NCBI RefSeq assembly: GCF_009914755.1 | Contig: NC_060928.1 | Reading direction: 5' to 3' (one strand) | DNA length: 64,000 bases | Origin: the human T2T-CHM13v2.0 reference genome, Homo sapiens | In this document: positions 49,590-63,639 of the stretch, in pieces | Layout of the letters: the number at the start of each line of letters is the position of its first letter | Position numbering within the stretch: the stretch's first letter is position 1 | Translations under genes and position numbers: made by a program | The notes under the pieces: model-generated | Told to the model about the DNA's origin: nothing | The model's database searches: none | What the model saw: the letters and a program-made list of their open reading frames with translations, nothing else

Positions 49590-52500
49590 TGAGCACATTA
49601 AGCGTCGACTTTCAACCATGACTGGATAAATAGGTTCCTCTTCCCTTAGAAGTCAACATAAAGTCAGAGTAATCCTGGTTCTTTTCTTGTCAGTTACTGA
49701 GAACACTTAGATAATATAAACATTTTTATACGGGCCCTTGTTAGAAGGAATAAAGCAACTTGAAATAGGAAAGCTGCTCAAAATCTATAATGAAAAAATA
49801 TTGGAAAATTCTATCGAAATTGACAAGGTAGTTCCCAAAGGTATAATAAATGGTGGTAACTGTTTATCATCTCTAAGAATACATGGCCACAAAATCAAAA
49901 GTTCTATGAGATATTTTAAAAATAAAACCAACTTTAAAAGTATATACAAATTTTTTTTAAAGTCAAATCATTCACAGAACATCAATATTTCCGGAAAAAT
50001 CTCTTCAAAGAAACCCGAACAATGTGTTTCTTCCCCAAGGATAAGTCCACAATATTGTAGAAAGGAATTACTGAAGAAGACACTTTAAAAATCCAAGTAA
50101 AGCATTAAGTGAACAAAAGGGAATGTATGTGTGAAAAATATTTGATTTAATAGACATATAGCCTACACCCATTACCAAGCAGGATTTCTCTTGTGAGTCA
50201 CTTAGCAGACCTCAGTCCCATCATAAACAGTCTATGTCATATGGACTGTATCTCTAAATAAAAATTAGATGTTCAAACACAAAGTTTTCCTTTGGTGCTA
50301 AGTCTCCCTTGCTGTGACTTAATTTCATCCCAGTTAAAAAAAATTTACATAAGTGACAAAAACAAATACTTGCCTTAGTGGTTCTGTTTGTATCAAATTA
50401 AATCCCAATAGCTCATTACTCTACTTATATAGAATTATCCTGTTAGAATTATCCTGCTTTGCTCATCTCTCCCTACAAATTCTCATTATGTTGAAGTTAT
50501 AGATTTAAAGATAAATGCCACCTGTAAAACATCCATTGTTTTCAAGTTATAGATTTAAAGATGTTTCATTTCAAAATATTATTGTGTCCAAATATCTCAT
50601 GTTTTCTTGTGTGTCTTTTATGTCATTCAGTAGCTCTATAATTTTCTTTATTTAACTCTCCCGCATATCCATTATTAACTGCATTCCTGAGTATTTCTTT
50701 CCCTTCCTTCTGTTCTCCCCTTTCTCTCTCCTATGACCTCAAAGACTGTCAATTTTCACTTGTCCCATTCCTTTGTTCAGTCATTAATTCGTACAGGGCT
50801 GAATTGAGTGTTAAGTTCTTTACTTCTGTTTTTGTTTTCTACATTGCATTGATGTGTTTGGTACCATTCCCATATCTTTAAATGCTAATAGTTTTATTTT
50901 CCACTGTTTTTGCCTCTCTGTATATTTTGATCAGTTCCTGGGAAGATGGAAGGTGTAAGTCTGCTCTTACTATCATTTCTAAACCTCAAAGGAGCAGAGA
51001 CTTCTGTGATTTTCACTCATTGCCATATTTTCAGTGACAAGAAGAGTGACTTTATTATCCCAAGTAAACTGGTTCTTTCTACTTGACAGAGGATGGTTTT
51101 GCTGTAATCTGTGCTCATAGAACTTGGAATCAAAAAACAGAACTGGCATGAGTTCTAATTCCTCAACTTATAAGATGAGAACAAAAGCATCCTGCTACTT
51201 CACATGGTAGCTTAAAGGAACAATCTACATATATATGTGATAATGCTTTTTAAACTGTGAATTTTTTTATCATTATTCTTTTACTCATGTGGCTCTTTTC
51301 ATTAGTTTATATTTCTTCTGCCTTAGTATATGAACTCATTTTCATTTCTTTTTGTCAACTGTTTTTCTTTTTCTTCTCTCACATTACCATAAGCTTTCAT
51401 CTGCTGAAATAGTATTTCTGGAAATTAAAATTGATAGATTTTTAAAAAGGTTTTTATTTGCCAATAAAAATGTGTCTCTTGGGCTATCTATTTCTTGCTG
51501 ATCAAAACCCACTACTCCCTTCATTGCCGTACCACGGATTGTCTTCAAAGATAGACCCCTGGTGTTTTATACACTGTTGATCTTGGTTAATCCAAGCTTT
51601 TAAAATATGTGATTTAGGAAAATGGTATTCAAATTTGAACCAAGTAAAATTTTATTAATGTGTAGGAAACGTATTTTCTTCTCATTCAATTTCTAATTAA
51701 ATAAAACTTCACATTTGAAGAAAGACAAATCACATTTGGTTCTTGCTGCTTAAATTCCTGCAAAAATAATCCCTGCACTAGCTTTTCAGAGATACAAGTC
51801 TGTACCTGATCTTATTCTTATGAATATTGTCTTTCCTTAATTATGTCAAGGAAAGACAAGATTGTACCATTTACTCATTTTAATGTTTTAATTTTAATTT
51901 TAGTATTCACAGATGATTCTTTTATATTGTACAAAGGAAAATGAAAACTAAATTGGAATCATTCTCATTTTTGTCAGTCTCAAAATGAAAAATGTCCTTG
52001 AAATAAAATATGTTGTAAAAGTAAACCAATTTTTAACAGCAGAAAATTTTAAAATACTAAGTTAAAGTAGGGGACTGTTATGGACTGTCAAAAAAACTTG
52101 AGAGATGTAATTAAATTAAATTATGGTGGACCCTAAACCTTGACCAGTGATCCTAATCCTGATCTACCTGGGTAGCTCAAGGCAGAACCAGCTCTTTGGT
52201 GCAAATTGTGCTCCAAATCTTCCATGGGACAAGTCTGAAGCTTTCCTCCAGCAGAGACCACATCCTTGCTTGGCCTTTTTCCCTGCCCTGGCTTCTCACG
52301 TATGCTGTTTTTCCTGACAGCATGACCTCAATAACTTCACTGGTGCAAGACTTCAGACTCTGCTCTGCTCAGGTTCTGCTCCTGGGGAAACTGGCCTCAA
52401 GCAGTTGGTAACAAAAGTGATCAGAGGAAGCCAACTCTAATTGTGGGAGCCTCAAGTTCTATCACTCATCAGTCAAATGGCATTGCAAACTCATTGGGTG

Positions 52501-53877
52501 GTAGATAGAGAATTGATGGTCTCTAGCATAGAGCAGCTCTGAGATTTGCTGGTGCCCCACTTCACGATCTTCACTCCTTTTCATTGGGTGAACTGTGACA
52601 GGATATAAGTAAAAGGGAACACATGAGTTGGTGCAATGATATAAGAGAAATACTAACCATAAGTACTGTGAAATTAGGTGGCTACTAAATTTACAGTACT
52701 TAACGATTACTGTGCCCCAAAGTGCCCTGTTACATTGAGAGAAATAACAGCATTCTATTTAAAAACAAAAACAAAACGTTTTAAGCAAATTATGTGTCAG
52801 AGAACCTACTTGGCAGCATTTGAAAAGTCGACCACTCAACTGCCAATTAAGGGCATTCAGCAATAAAATCCAGGAATAGCTCCTAATTGTAAAAGAGTGA
52901 GAAAAGCAGAAGTTCAAAGAAGGTTGAATTCTTACTCTAGCCAAGTATTCTATGCCAAAGTCACAGCCCTAATAGGCAAAATGTAGGAACTCTGAGACTT
53001 TGGATGGACCTATCTGGGACAGATGCCCTGAGTGTTTGAACTTTCAGATTTCCCTGAACCATATATGACTACAAAAGTAGCCCACTTCCCTTTGTTTGAA
53101 GATGGAGAGCCCCCTTTACTCAAAGACCATGCAGAGCTTCCAATTGTGGCAGATATTCTATAGGTACCCTATATAACAATGCTTGCTCCTCTTAGGGTCT
53201 GCTTCCGCCTCTATTCCTGGCCACCAGACCCATAATCCAGGATGCTGGATCAAGAGAGAAAGAATATAAAACTAGATAAGAGAGACTGTGTCAATATGGG
53301 CGCACTTACCATGGTACAAGATTTAACATCCTGGTGAAGACTTGAGAACATGAGCCTAACACACTGCTGAGTATGGCTTTTAGAAGTTTAAGAAAACTGA
53401 TTGCCCAGATTAAATGAAGTAGAGATGCCAGAATTGTCAATGCAGACTATAAAAGAAACAGTTTAAAAACTCAGAGCATTGGGCATTCTAGAATGGTTCT
53501 ACTCTGTAAAAATGAACAAAGCAATAACTGACTATGTTTTTTGGAAGGATCTGGATCACACTCCATTTAATATGGAGTATGAAGGGGCTCTAGCATTGGT
53601 TGAGAAGCTCAGCAATGGGTGTCCTCTGCAAACTGGGACTGATGGTAGGAGATGCTGTTAAAGAACAGGGATCCCAAGTAGAGATGGGATGATAGTATCC
53701 CCAAAACAGAAGTAATTGTAGTTGTTGTAATGAGCAGTAAGGTTAGAATAGCAACTAGGAAAGATTGATCTGCAAAACTCTATTGTCATGGCTAGTAGAA
53801 CATGACTTTCTTAGGGGAATATTAGATGGGAGGTCAACAAAAGTATTTCTTAATATATGTAATCAAAGGAAATCAAG

Positions 53878-54580
53878 TGTAAATCAAAGAGAATGACCAA
53901 GGTTAGCCTCAATCGTTTTAAGAGGTTTATTGGCCAATGTTAAGGATGCATCTGAGGAAAAGAACACAGAACCACAGGAAAAATCTGTGGTCCATCTTTT
54001 CTCCGAAGAGGGTCTGGAGACTTCAATACTTAAAGGGAAAAGAGCCAGTACTGGGGGAAAGAAGAAGAAAGGAAAAAAAAAAGGGAGGGTAGACACAAGA
54101 GGCAAGCAGTTGCAGTTGCATTCTTTTGAGTCTTTGATCAGTGTTCACAGCATATACATTTTACATGTGAGAGGGGTGGAGGAATACTCACTTATGCATT
54201 CATCTAGTACTCAGCGAATCTGCATTTTAAAATAAGATAAAAATAAACAGAGCAGAGGAAGCGGTCAGACTTGCATTTGTCTCAGGTGAGCAAAGGAATG
54301 ACTTCTTAGTTCTGTCTTTTGTCCTACACTTGTGAAAATAAGCTATCAATTTACATTGTAGGGTGAAATTCAACAGAACTCTTTTAGAGTAAAGATCTTG
54401 GGACCCACAAGGAATTTCCTTGTGGGAAAATTGTGAGGGAGGTATGTAGCATTTTTAAATATCTGTAGTTATTTTAATTAGGAACAAAATGATAGGCCGG
54501 TTTGCATGACCCAGTTCCCAGCTTAACTTTTCCCTTTGACTTACTGAGTTTGGAGTGCCAATATTTATTTTCCTTTCACA
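53878..54580 (-). mobile_element. MER4-group (ERV1) solo LTR
   Basis: Minus-strand start TGTGAAAGGAAAATAAAT. TSD CAAG at 53874-53877 and 54581-54584. Confidence 0.88.
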
Positions 54581-54856
54581 CAAGAATAGATGAGAAAGTT
54601 GAGGTAACTTACACAAATGGAAAGTCATAACCCTCTCCTCAGTGTCCAGTCTTGGGTCAGTTCTCAAATCCATAACCCATTGACTGAAGGAAAGACCAGA
54701 CTCCTGTGAAAAACTACTTTGTATTTACCATGCTAACTACATGCTGTGATAATTTCCCCAGTCTTTTCCCACAAAGGACCTATAGCCATTTACTTAGGTA
54801 ACTCTAATTGAGAAAGGGAAGTGTCCAGATCTTTCTAGGGCTGTTGGATAGAGTCT

Positions 54857-55576
54857 TGTAACCGCCCAGTGGGTTTATTTTGCCCACTTCCCAGATAGAG
54901 CCAATTTTCAACACAGAGGAATTGCAATTGAGAAAGAGTTTAATTCACACAGAGCTGACTGAACTGGAGAAGTTTTATTATTACTCAAATCAGTCTCCCC
55001 CAAAATTTGGGGATTGGGGTTTTTGAGGATAATTTGGTGGGTAGGGGATTAGGAAGTAGAGAGTGCTGATTGGTCAGGTTGGAGATGACATCATAGGAAG
55101 TCGAAGCTGTCCTCTTGTGCTGAGTCAGTTCCTGGGTGGGGAGGACAAAGACCAGATGAGTCAGTTTATCTGTCTGGTTGGAGCCAGCTTATCCATTGGG
55201 TTCAGGGTGTGAAAAATATCTCAAGAACCAATCTTAGGTTTTACAAGAATGAGATTATCCCTAAGAGCGACTGGGAAGGTTTAGAATCTCGTGGCCTCTA
55301 GATGACTCCTAAACCATAATTTCTAATCTTGTGGATAATTTGTCGGTCTTACAAAGGCAATCCAGTGCACAGGCAAGAAGGGGATTTGTTTCAGGAAAGG
55401 TCTGTTATCATCATTGTTTCAAAGTTAAACTATAAACTAAGCTCCTCCCAAAGTTAGTTCAGCTTACGCCCAGGAATGAACAAGCAGGTTAGAAGCAAGA
55501 TGGAGTCAGTTAGGTCAGATCTCTTTCACTGTCATAGTTTTCTCTCTGTTATAATTTTTTTGCAAAGGCAGTTTCA
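54857..55576 (-). mobile_element. LTR8-type (ERV1) solo LTR
   Basis: Minus-strand start TGAAACTGCCTTTGCAAAA and end GGGCGGTTACA. TSD GTCT at 54853-54856 and 55577-55580. Confidence 0.9.
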
Positions 55577-55842
55577 GTCTGATCTAACACAACAACCTAC
55601 AGAGCCAATGTGCCATCATGGTATCCCTGTTGAAGTGTGTCAAGTATTAAGCAGAGTGCTCATTCGGTTTAGATCCATCTTATAGTGAGTCCACTGGGTG
55701 CACAGACTCATCCAGCAGCATTGCTCAGGTTCTCGGATGTAAGGTTGAAATGGACATGCTTAGAAGGTAAAAGAATCCCTACATCAGTTCCTTTACCTGT
55801 AAAGTAAGGGCTGTTATAATTGGAGAGGCTAAGTGGAAATTC

Positions 55843-56548
55843 TGTGCATTTGTTTTTTACACTGCAAAAAATAATTACCATAGTGACCTAAAAACAACAC
55901 AGTTCTGTAGGCTAGAAGCCCAGGTGGGCTCAAGTGGGTTCTCTGTTTAGGGGCTCACAAGGCTGAACTGTGCTTTTATCAGGAGGCTCAGGTGAAGAAT
56001 CCACTTCCATGCACAATAACATTTTTGGAAGAATTTAATACCTTGCCGCTGTAGGATCGAGGTTTTTGTTTTCCTGCTGGATGTTAGCTCCTGGAAGCTG
56101 CTCTCTTGTTCTTACCTGTGACCCCCTCTAACTCAGCAATAGAAAGCCTCCTTCATGTTGACTTACTGTCACACGAATCTCTCTGACATTATCTTTTGCC
56201 ACAAGTTGAAGGAAACACTGTGATTAAAAGGTTCATTTTAAACAGAGATTATTACCTAAATAACTTCCATTTTGCCATATAATGTAAGTAAATCATGGGA
56301 GTAACGCCAGGTGGCAGAGATCATGGGGGCTGGATCAGTTTCCTATTGTTATGCAACAATAACCACAAACTTACTGGCTTAAACAATACACATTTATTAT
56401 CCTAGAGTTCTAGAGGTCAGAAATCTGAAATGGGTCTTACTGGGATAAAAACAAAGTGTTGGTGGGGATATGTAACTTCTGGAGACTCTAAGAGAGAATC
56501 TGTTTCCTCATCTTGTTTGGTTTCTAGAGACTGCCCCTACTCCTTGAT
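55843..56548 (-). mobile_element. Two adjacent MLT1 (D/E-like) MaLR LTR pieces
   Basis: cacagttctgtaggctagaag...ctcacaaggctgaa; second piece from ~56331 accacaaacttactggcttaaacaa...ttctagaggtcagaaatctgaaatgggtct. Confidence 0.7.
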
Positions 56549-57229
56549 GGGGGATATAGAGTAAGCAGTGGACGAGAGAGAATGAGTAATCAATTAATTC
56601 CTTAGGAACAAATGTAGTTGCCAGGGCTGCAGTCTGCTCCACAAACTCTCTTCTTATATATGTTTTCTAGAAATTGTGAATCACCAGAATTCTAAATAAG
56701 CTATTCCTGAGTGTAGTGAACTAAATGTGAGAAGCAAGAGGATCTGAATGGTACAAGTAGTGGACTAGTGTAGATGCTCGTGGTATACCCATAGATTCCC
56801 TTAGCCAAAACAATTAATCCATCAACTAGTTGCTATGAGTATTGCCTACAAACATTCCAGCTGCTTCATTTTGTGGAGCACTATCCTTGCCAAAAAGCAG
56901 CTCGCTCTCTCAGCAAGTTACCCCATCACAACCACCAGCAACTACTGGTTAATGACTGACTGATGTGGGATGAGGCCTCAAGATAAGGCCAACTTTGGCA
57001 TGTAAGTTGTTCTCCAGTGATCCTATAGGACCAGGCTGAATCTAGTTTCCAGCAGATATCATGTTGTTGTTTAGCTTTCTTCCTCCTGCCCTATCTATTT
57101 GGCTTTCCTTATCTTGCTTCCCCAGAGAGCATTCCCTTAACAAGTCACTTTCATAAAATCCCCATCTCAGCCTCTGTTTCTAGGAAACAACTTAAAATAC
57201 GCCCCCCGACCCCCGATCATATTACTTCC

Positions 57230-59210
57230 CTACATGTCCCAGAGGTAAATACTCTTACAAACATATTGTTATTGTTTGTATGTTAGTGCATTTACTATGT
57301 ATGCATGTATATCTAAATAATACACAAAATAGTTTGAATATTCATGAAGTTTACATAAATTGTATCATTCTATTTGTATGTTTCTGTAATTTGCTGTTTT
57401 TCACTCTCTAAGTTTCTGAGATGTATACACACTGACTGTGTATGTGTGTGTGTTGCTCTAATTTAGTCATTTAACTCTTCCATTTTATTGCATTTATTAA
57501 TTTGAATTACTTCAAGGATTTTTTAAATTTTTCAACTACAAAAAATGTAGCTATGAGCATTCTTAAACAGAAAAATATTTGTCTAAATTTGACTTTCCAG
57601 GAGAGAAATTGCTAAGTAAAAGTGTGATGTCTTTTGAAACTACTTGCTAATATTTAAGAAAAAAAAAAGTGGTTGAAGCAATCTATACTATCACAAAGAT
57701 AGTTAGTGTGTTCAAATATTCTACATTTGCACCAGCAGTGGTATTCTCTAGCATTTAATGTTTTCTATTTCTTGAGTATGTAATGGTATCATTGTGGCTT
57801 CAAGTTGCATGTCTCCAGTTACTAGGGAGGCACAGTATCTTTTCATTTTTTTGTTTCATTCAGGTTTCCTCTTTCAAGAAATATTTGTATGTATATTGAG
57901 TATTCTTCTGTATAATTGTTTTTTTACTGATTTGTAGAAATACTTTATAAATTCTAGATATTCATATTTGTGAATATCCTCTTCCAGTCTGTAGTTTGTC
58001 TTTCCATCTTGTATTGTTTTTGATGTGCAAAATATTCAAATTTTAGTTTAATTAAATTTATCATTCTATTTTTTTTATTTTTTAATGTGATTAGCAAATA
58101 TTTTCTTACCCCAAGGTCACGAAGACATTTTTCTAAATGTTCTTCTGTGTTTTAGAATTCTGCCTTTCAAATTTATATCTTTAGGAGAAATTTTTGTTTT
58201 GAGATTACGAATTGTCCCAATACCATTTACCAAAGTGTTCATTCTTTCATCTTGATAGGCAATGCTAGCCTGGTCATTTATTAAGACTCCATAGTTGTGG
58301 TGACCTATTTCTTTGTTTTCTGCTTTGTTCTGTAAACTTTTTTCCATTTCTGTAAGCTAACCACACTAATTTGTTATATATTTAATTTTTACTGATATTT
58401 GGTAGAACAGATCCCACCATTTGCTCTTTTTGCCAAAATTATGCCCTTCTATGATACTTCAAAAGTGGATTTGTCAAGACCCATTATAAACTTTATTGTA
58501 TTTTGAATGAATATATAGACTATGTAGTGAATTGACATTTTTTCATTCTTATGTCAATTTTTGTTTTTTTCTTAGATAGTTGGCCAGGATTTTAAATATT
58601 CTTTTTATTGAAATCATTGGCTTTTGTGAGCACTAACAATATGCTTTTAAATACTAATAAGATAGAACATCTTTTTCATGTTCCTATCTTAAAGAAAAGT
58701 AATGCAATATTTTATTTAGGTTTGGAATATAAAACTTTTACAAATTAAGTAAGTTTCTTCCTTGCCCTAATATGCTAAGGATTTTACTTTTAATAAAAAA
58801 TATTTAACATTATCAAAAGCTTTTTCTACATTGATTAAAATAATTATATCACTTTTCTCATTTGGTCTATTAATTTCACTAAATACATTAATCAATTTTA
58901 TGATATTTTAAAAATCTTAAATTTTGTGATAAAACTTGTATTTTAAAAATCTGTTCAATGTATTATTAAATTTATTTAGCTAATTATTTATTATTTTGCA
59001 TCAAATTTCATTGATATATAAAAGAAAATAGCTGTTTTTAAAAAATTTGGTAACACTCGCACGTAAAACCTTCTTAGGCTGTGTAGCCATTTGACAGAGG
59101 AAAATTTCAACGACAATTTCAGTTTCTTTATTGCTTATTGATCTGTTCAAGTTCTTTTTTCTCATAATCATAGAGAAAAGTAACATCCAATTTTCTTTGG
59201 GCATTTACTG
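57230..59210 (-). mobile_element. Old L1M (L1ME-like) 3' portion
   Basis: T-rich degenerate reverse L1 (tgtaatggtatcattgtggcttcaagttgcat, gatagaacatctttttcatgttcct). Confidence 0.6.
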
Positions 59211-59293
59211 ACAGAGACGAAAACTTAGCTCAAGACTCATTGGTTTCATTGCTAATATCAACCACTGTGATAACTATCATACAAACATATCTT

Positions 59294-59901
59294 TTTTCTT
59301 ATTTCTAACTTTTAAGTTCAGGGGTACATGTATAGGATGTGCAGGTTTGTTACACAGATAAATGCATGCCATGGTGGTTTGCTGCACAGATCATCCCATC
59401 ACCTAGGTATTAAGCCCAGCATCCATTAGTTATTCTTTCTGATCCTCTCCCTCCTTCCACGCCCCACCCTCTGACAGGCCCCAGGGTGTGTTGTTTCCCC
59501 ACCATGTTTCCATGTGTTCTCATCATTCAGCTCCCACTTATAAGTGAGAACATGAGGTATTTTGATTTTCTGTTCCTGCATTAGTTTGCTGAGGATAATA
59601 ACTTCCATCTCCATCCATGTCCCTGCAAAGGACATGATCTCCTTCCTTTTTATGGATGCACAGTATTCCATGGTGTATATATACCACATTTTCTTTATCC
59701 AGTCTATCATTGATGGGCATTTGGGTGAATTCCATGTCTCTGTTTTTGTGACTAGTGCTGCAATGAACATACGCGTGCATGTATCTTCATAATAGAATGA
59801 TCTATATTCCTTCGGGTATATACCCAGTAGTGGGATTGCTGGGTCAAATGGTATTTCTACCTCTAGGTCTTTGAGGGATTGCTACACTGCCTTCCACAAT
59901 G
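59294..59901 (-). mobile_element. 5'-truncated L1PA (PA8-10-like), ~0.6 kb
   Basis: L1 3'UTR plus ORF2 C-terminus (ORF 59426-59770). TSD ATACAA(A/C)CATATCTT at 59279-59293 and 59902-59916. Confidence 0.95.
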
Positions 59902-62900
59902 ATACAACCATATCTTGTTTTTGAAGATATCCCCACTAAATTTGGGGTATGGAGGAGGAACTAAACAGATAACATAGGGAAAATTACGTATTTAGAAGAT
60001 GACTCTTTTGCTCTCCTGAAACACAGATTGAAGGCAGACATAATGAAGGCAGAAAAATAAATGAGAAAACTTACTACAATAACTCAAGCATAAATTGAAG
60101 AGAATAAAGTGTATTGTTGTTGATTGTAAATAAAAGAAAAATGGTACATGTCCAAAACAATAGAATGTGAAGTGAAATGTGAAAACAAATAGAAACTTTT
60201 AAAATTGTGAACTTGAGTTACATCATTTTGACAGAAAAAACAAAACATCTTACAAGGTAAAAGAAAAAGGCTGAAAGGAAGAACTGGTAGTGAATCAATT
60301 CAGTTATGTATCTTGTTGATGTAAGTATCTTTTCTTTCTTCCTCTTATGTTTCTGCCCTTGTGGAGGAAGGGTCGTTAATAGAGCACTCCTGGCTTCTCT
60401 CTCCGCTCTTACTTGCACCTCCCAAAAAAATGGAGGGATGACTTAAAAAGTTTCTTGGCATGAATTTCTTCTCTCTTTTATTTCTCCCCCTTCACCCATC
60501 TTTTCTTTGGGGTGAGCTGTCTCTAGAGAGTACTTTGCTCTATCCTATCTCTAAACCACTAGTTCTAGAAGATCAAACTCTAACCCCTCAATGAGGCCTC
60601 TGCCCAGGCCCAAAGCTCTCAGAAATGAGGTGACTAAAATGGTCCGATTCTGCATCTCAGTATTAGGATAGGGTATTAGTATTAGGAGAAGCCACATTTT
60701 CCAAAATCACTTTACCATTAATAACGGTTATATTTAACTTCTCAATCTGCCTATTCTTTTGTTTTACTTGTCAATGAGTTCAGAACTCAGGGAAAGAAAA
60801 TGAGTGATATTTTTTGGCTTCCTCAAACACCGGCCATGCATTGTGACTCATATAAGATAAAACGCATGAATGTTTATAGATTTAAAATAAGGTCGATTGA
60901 TTTGCTTAAGACTGAAAGAAGAATTTGTGAAACATTCACATAGAAGTGAAAGTTAAAATCCTGGAAATTTGAGTTTGAGCTGCAGCTTTGAGAATGCCTT
61001 ATATAGGAAGAAATAAAGAAATGTCGTGTATACTCCAGGACACAGAGATTTACTTGGAATAATAAGGGATAAATCAGAAACCAAGGAAAAAGTAACTTTT
61101 AAGAAATAAAAATTTCTTGACAATATCAGACATCCCAGAGGGTTTGGAAAGAAGGACACAGGATGCAAATGATAAATTTCAGAAGCTACACCTATATGTG
61201 GTGGGAGCTGGGTGTCGTGGTGGTTATCCTAGGATTTTACGAGAGAGAAATTGAGACAGAACAAATCACAAATCATGAGACTCACAGGTCAAGAGTTTTT
61301 AGCACCTAAAACGTCCAATATTTCTGCATTTCCTGGGATCTTTACAGCTCTAGCATAGTCCACAAATACGCTTATCATGGCTTGTTCTTCCTAAAGTAAC
61401 TTGCAACATAAGAATAATAGAACTTTGATGGAGGGATTTATGGCATGTGTAGGTAAGTGTGTAAGTGTTGAAGATTGTGAGCGAATTAAATTTGTCAGAA
61501 ACTGTGATAAAATTTGGCCTTTGTGGTTGACTGAAAGTTTCAACTTTCAGTTCTTCACCCCTGTGAGGTAAAAACAACAAAACACCCCCCAAACCCAAAC
61601 AAACAAATAAAATCTCCTACCATCTTCTATTCTCTTCCTTCAACTTTACTTTCCATTTCTTGGTTTTTCCATACCAATTTTTTTCTTTTTTCTTTCTTTT
61701 TTTTTTTTTTTTTGTATGCTGTTAAATTCTTAAATAGTATTTAACTTCAGAGAAAAGCCTTGCTAAGTTTGGATTGGATTTGAGAGAGAAAGATTTGGTT
61801 TTATTTGTTGTTTATGTCTTGGTTTGTCTTCATCTCAAAGGTCTAAGTTATAATAAATTAATTCTAATTCTAGAGAGAACCATGAATCCAGTCTCAATGG
61901 GGAAAAAGTATTGATTTATATTTTCACCCTTGCCGCTATTCAAAGTTAGAAATTCCCAGTACTATCAACCCATATTCAGTTCTGCAGATATTGATCCTAA
62001 AATGATACATAAATGCACTGTCATTGTTTTTCATTTTTTTCCTCTGGGGAAATAGAGACTAGCTGCTCTAAATTTTTCACATTGTTTATAAATATTCACT
62101 ATAGAGCAAGAAAATAGACTAGACAGGCACCAAATATCTTCATCACAACTCTAGTCTCCTTGCTAGTGCATAGAAATCAATAGAATCCTCCATCAAAATT
62201 TTCTTGTTACATTTTTCGGTCTTCTAAAAAGTTTTATCACACTTGCTGGCAATTCAGGAAATTAAGTAGAAAGTTATGTTTCATGATGACTCTCTGGCAG
62301 GAAGCAAGATCAGAAGTGTAACAGAAAGACTTCCACAGTTTTTTGACAACCTTACCCTCAAAATAGCAAACTTCTAAATTTATTATTTACTATAAACTAA
62401 AAGTAAAAACAAAGATATTTGGGTGAATGCTTTAACACTTAAAAATCTAGCTAAACTGCTATTTCTAATTTTTTAATGTAGAGTTCTAGACAAAACATTG
62501 TCTCCTTCCTATCCTAATTATATGGTCTTTGGTTTCAACCTACCCAAAGATTGTACCCATGACCAAAGAAAGCCACTTACATGGATGAAATTCATGCTGA
62601 CTTGATGAATATAAATGGCTGGAAGTGCATGACAGTTATTTGCAGTACTGTCAGTTTAGAAGAGATGTGTTTTTTCTTGTCTTTAAGAGTCACAGCATGA
62701 AATCAAACATACTCATTAAAATTTTATTATTTCATTTTATTCCTGGATTGTGTCCTGATCTATAAAATAACTATCCTGAGAAATATTTTTAAAATAAGTG
62801 CACAAATGCATACATGCTCTTTCTTTCTTTGGGATATTCCTGAACCTAAAGACATTTGAGGATTTTGCTTATATGCTCACCTTTGATCAGACCTCCTCAG

Positions 62901-63189
62901 CTCACACAATCATCATCTATCATGCAAAGCCCTTCTTTGTTTAATTCTACATTTAGTCTCTACTCCATCTCATTCCACTACTCAACCCCGCTCTCTCACT
63001 TACCATGATCACCCACCAGAATCTTTTGACAAGTATATTTTGATATTGTATATTTTTTTAAAATACAGTGTTGGTCCATGTACATAAGTGCTGTAAATTT
63101 ACATAAATGATATTTTTCTATATATCTCATCCTGTTTCTTACTTTTTTACTCAAAATCTTTCAATAATCTATCAACGTTGTACATACCT

Positions 63190-63524
63190 TTATTTATTTA
63201 TTTATTTATTTTTTGAGATGAAGTCTCGCTCTGTCACACAGGCTGGAGCACAGTGGCGTAATCTCGGCTCACTGCAACCTCCACCTCCCGGATCCAAGCA
63301 ATGCTTCCTGCCTCAGCCTCCCAAGTAGTTGGGATTACAGGCACCTGCCACCACGCCTGGCTAATTTTTGTGGGTTTGTTGTTGTTGTTGTTGTTGTTGT
63401 TTTTAATAGAGACGGGGTTTCTCCATGTTGGCCAGGCTGGTCTCGAACTCCTGACCTCAGGTGATCCACACATGTAGGCCTCCCAAAGTGCTGGGATTAC
63501 AGGCATGAGCCACCATGTGTGGCC
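63190..63524 (-). mobile_element. AluSx-like SINE with (TTG)n expansion in the middle linker
   Basis: Full reverse Alu. TSD ATACCT(T/A)TATTTA at 63184 and 63525; (TTG)n at ~63376-63400. Confidence 0.95.
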
Positions 63525-63639
63525 ATACCTATATTTAATTGCTTCTGGTTGCTATATAATATATCATGTCAGTATTGATTACATTTTTGGAGAGCTTTAT
63601 TGTCTTTTAATTTTTTAATTAAAAACATTTTTAATTAAA

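Larger units (their letters stand above)
52150..57200 (+). mobile_element. Old ERVL-class provirus remnant (LTR16-type LTRs, ERV3-16A3-like internal region) with nested insertions
   Basis: Partial 5' LTR to ~52403, PBS-like TGGTAACAAAAGTG, gag-like RMLDQERKNIKLDKRDCVNMGAL (~53238-53306), protease-like GLLD at ~54838, 3' LTR ~56768-57199. Confidence 0.7.

Noticed and set aside
60400-60830. Possible old ERV1 LTR 3' end
   Set aside because: Only the terminal motif is suggestive, and I cannot support a family or boundaries.
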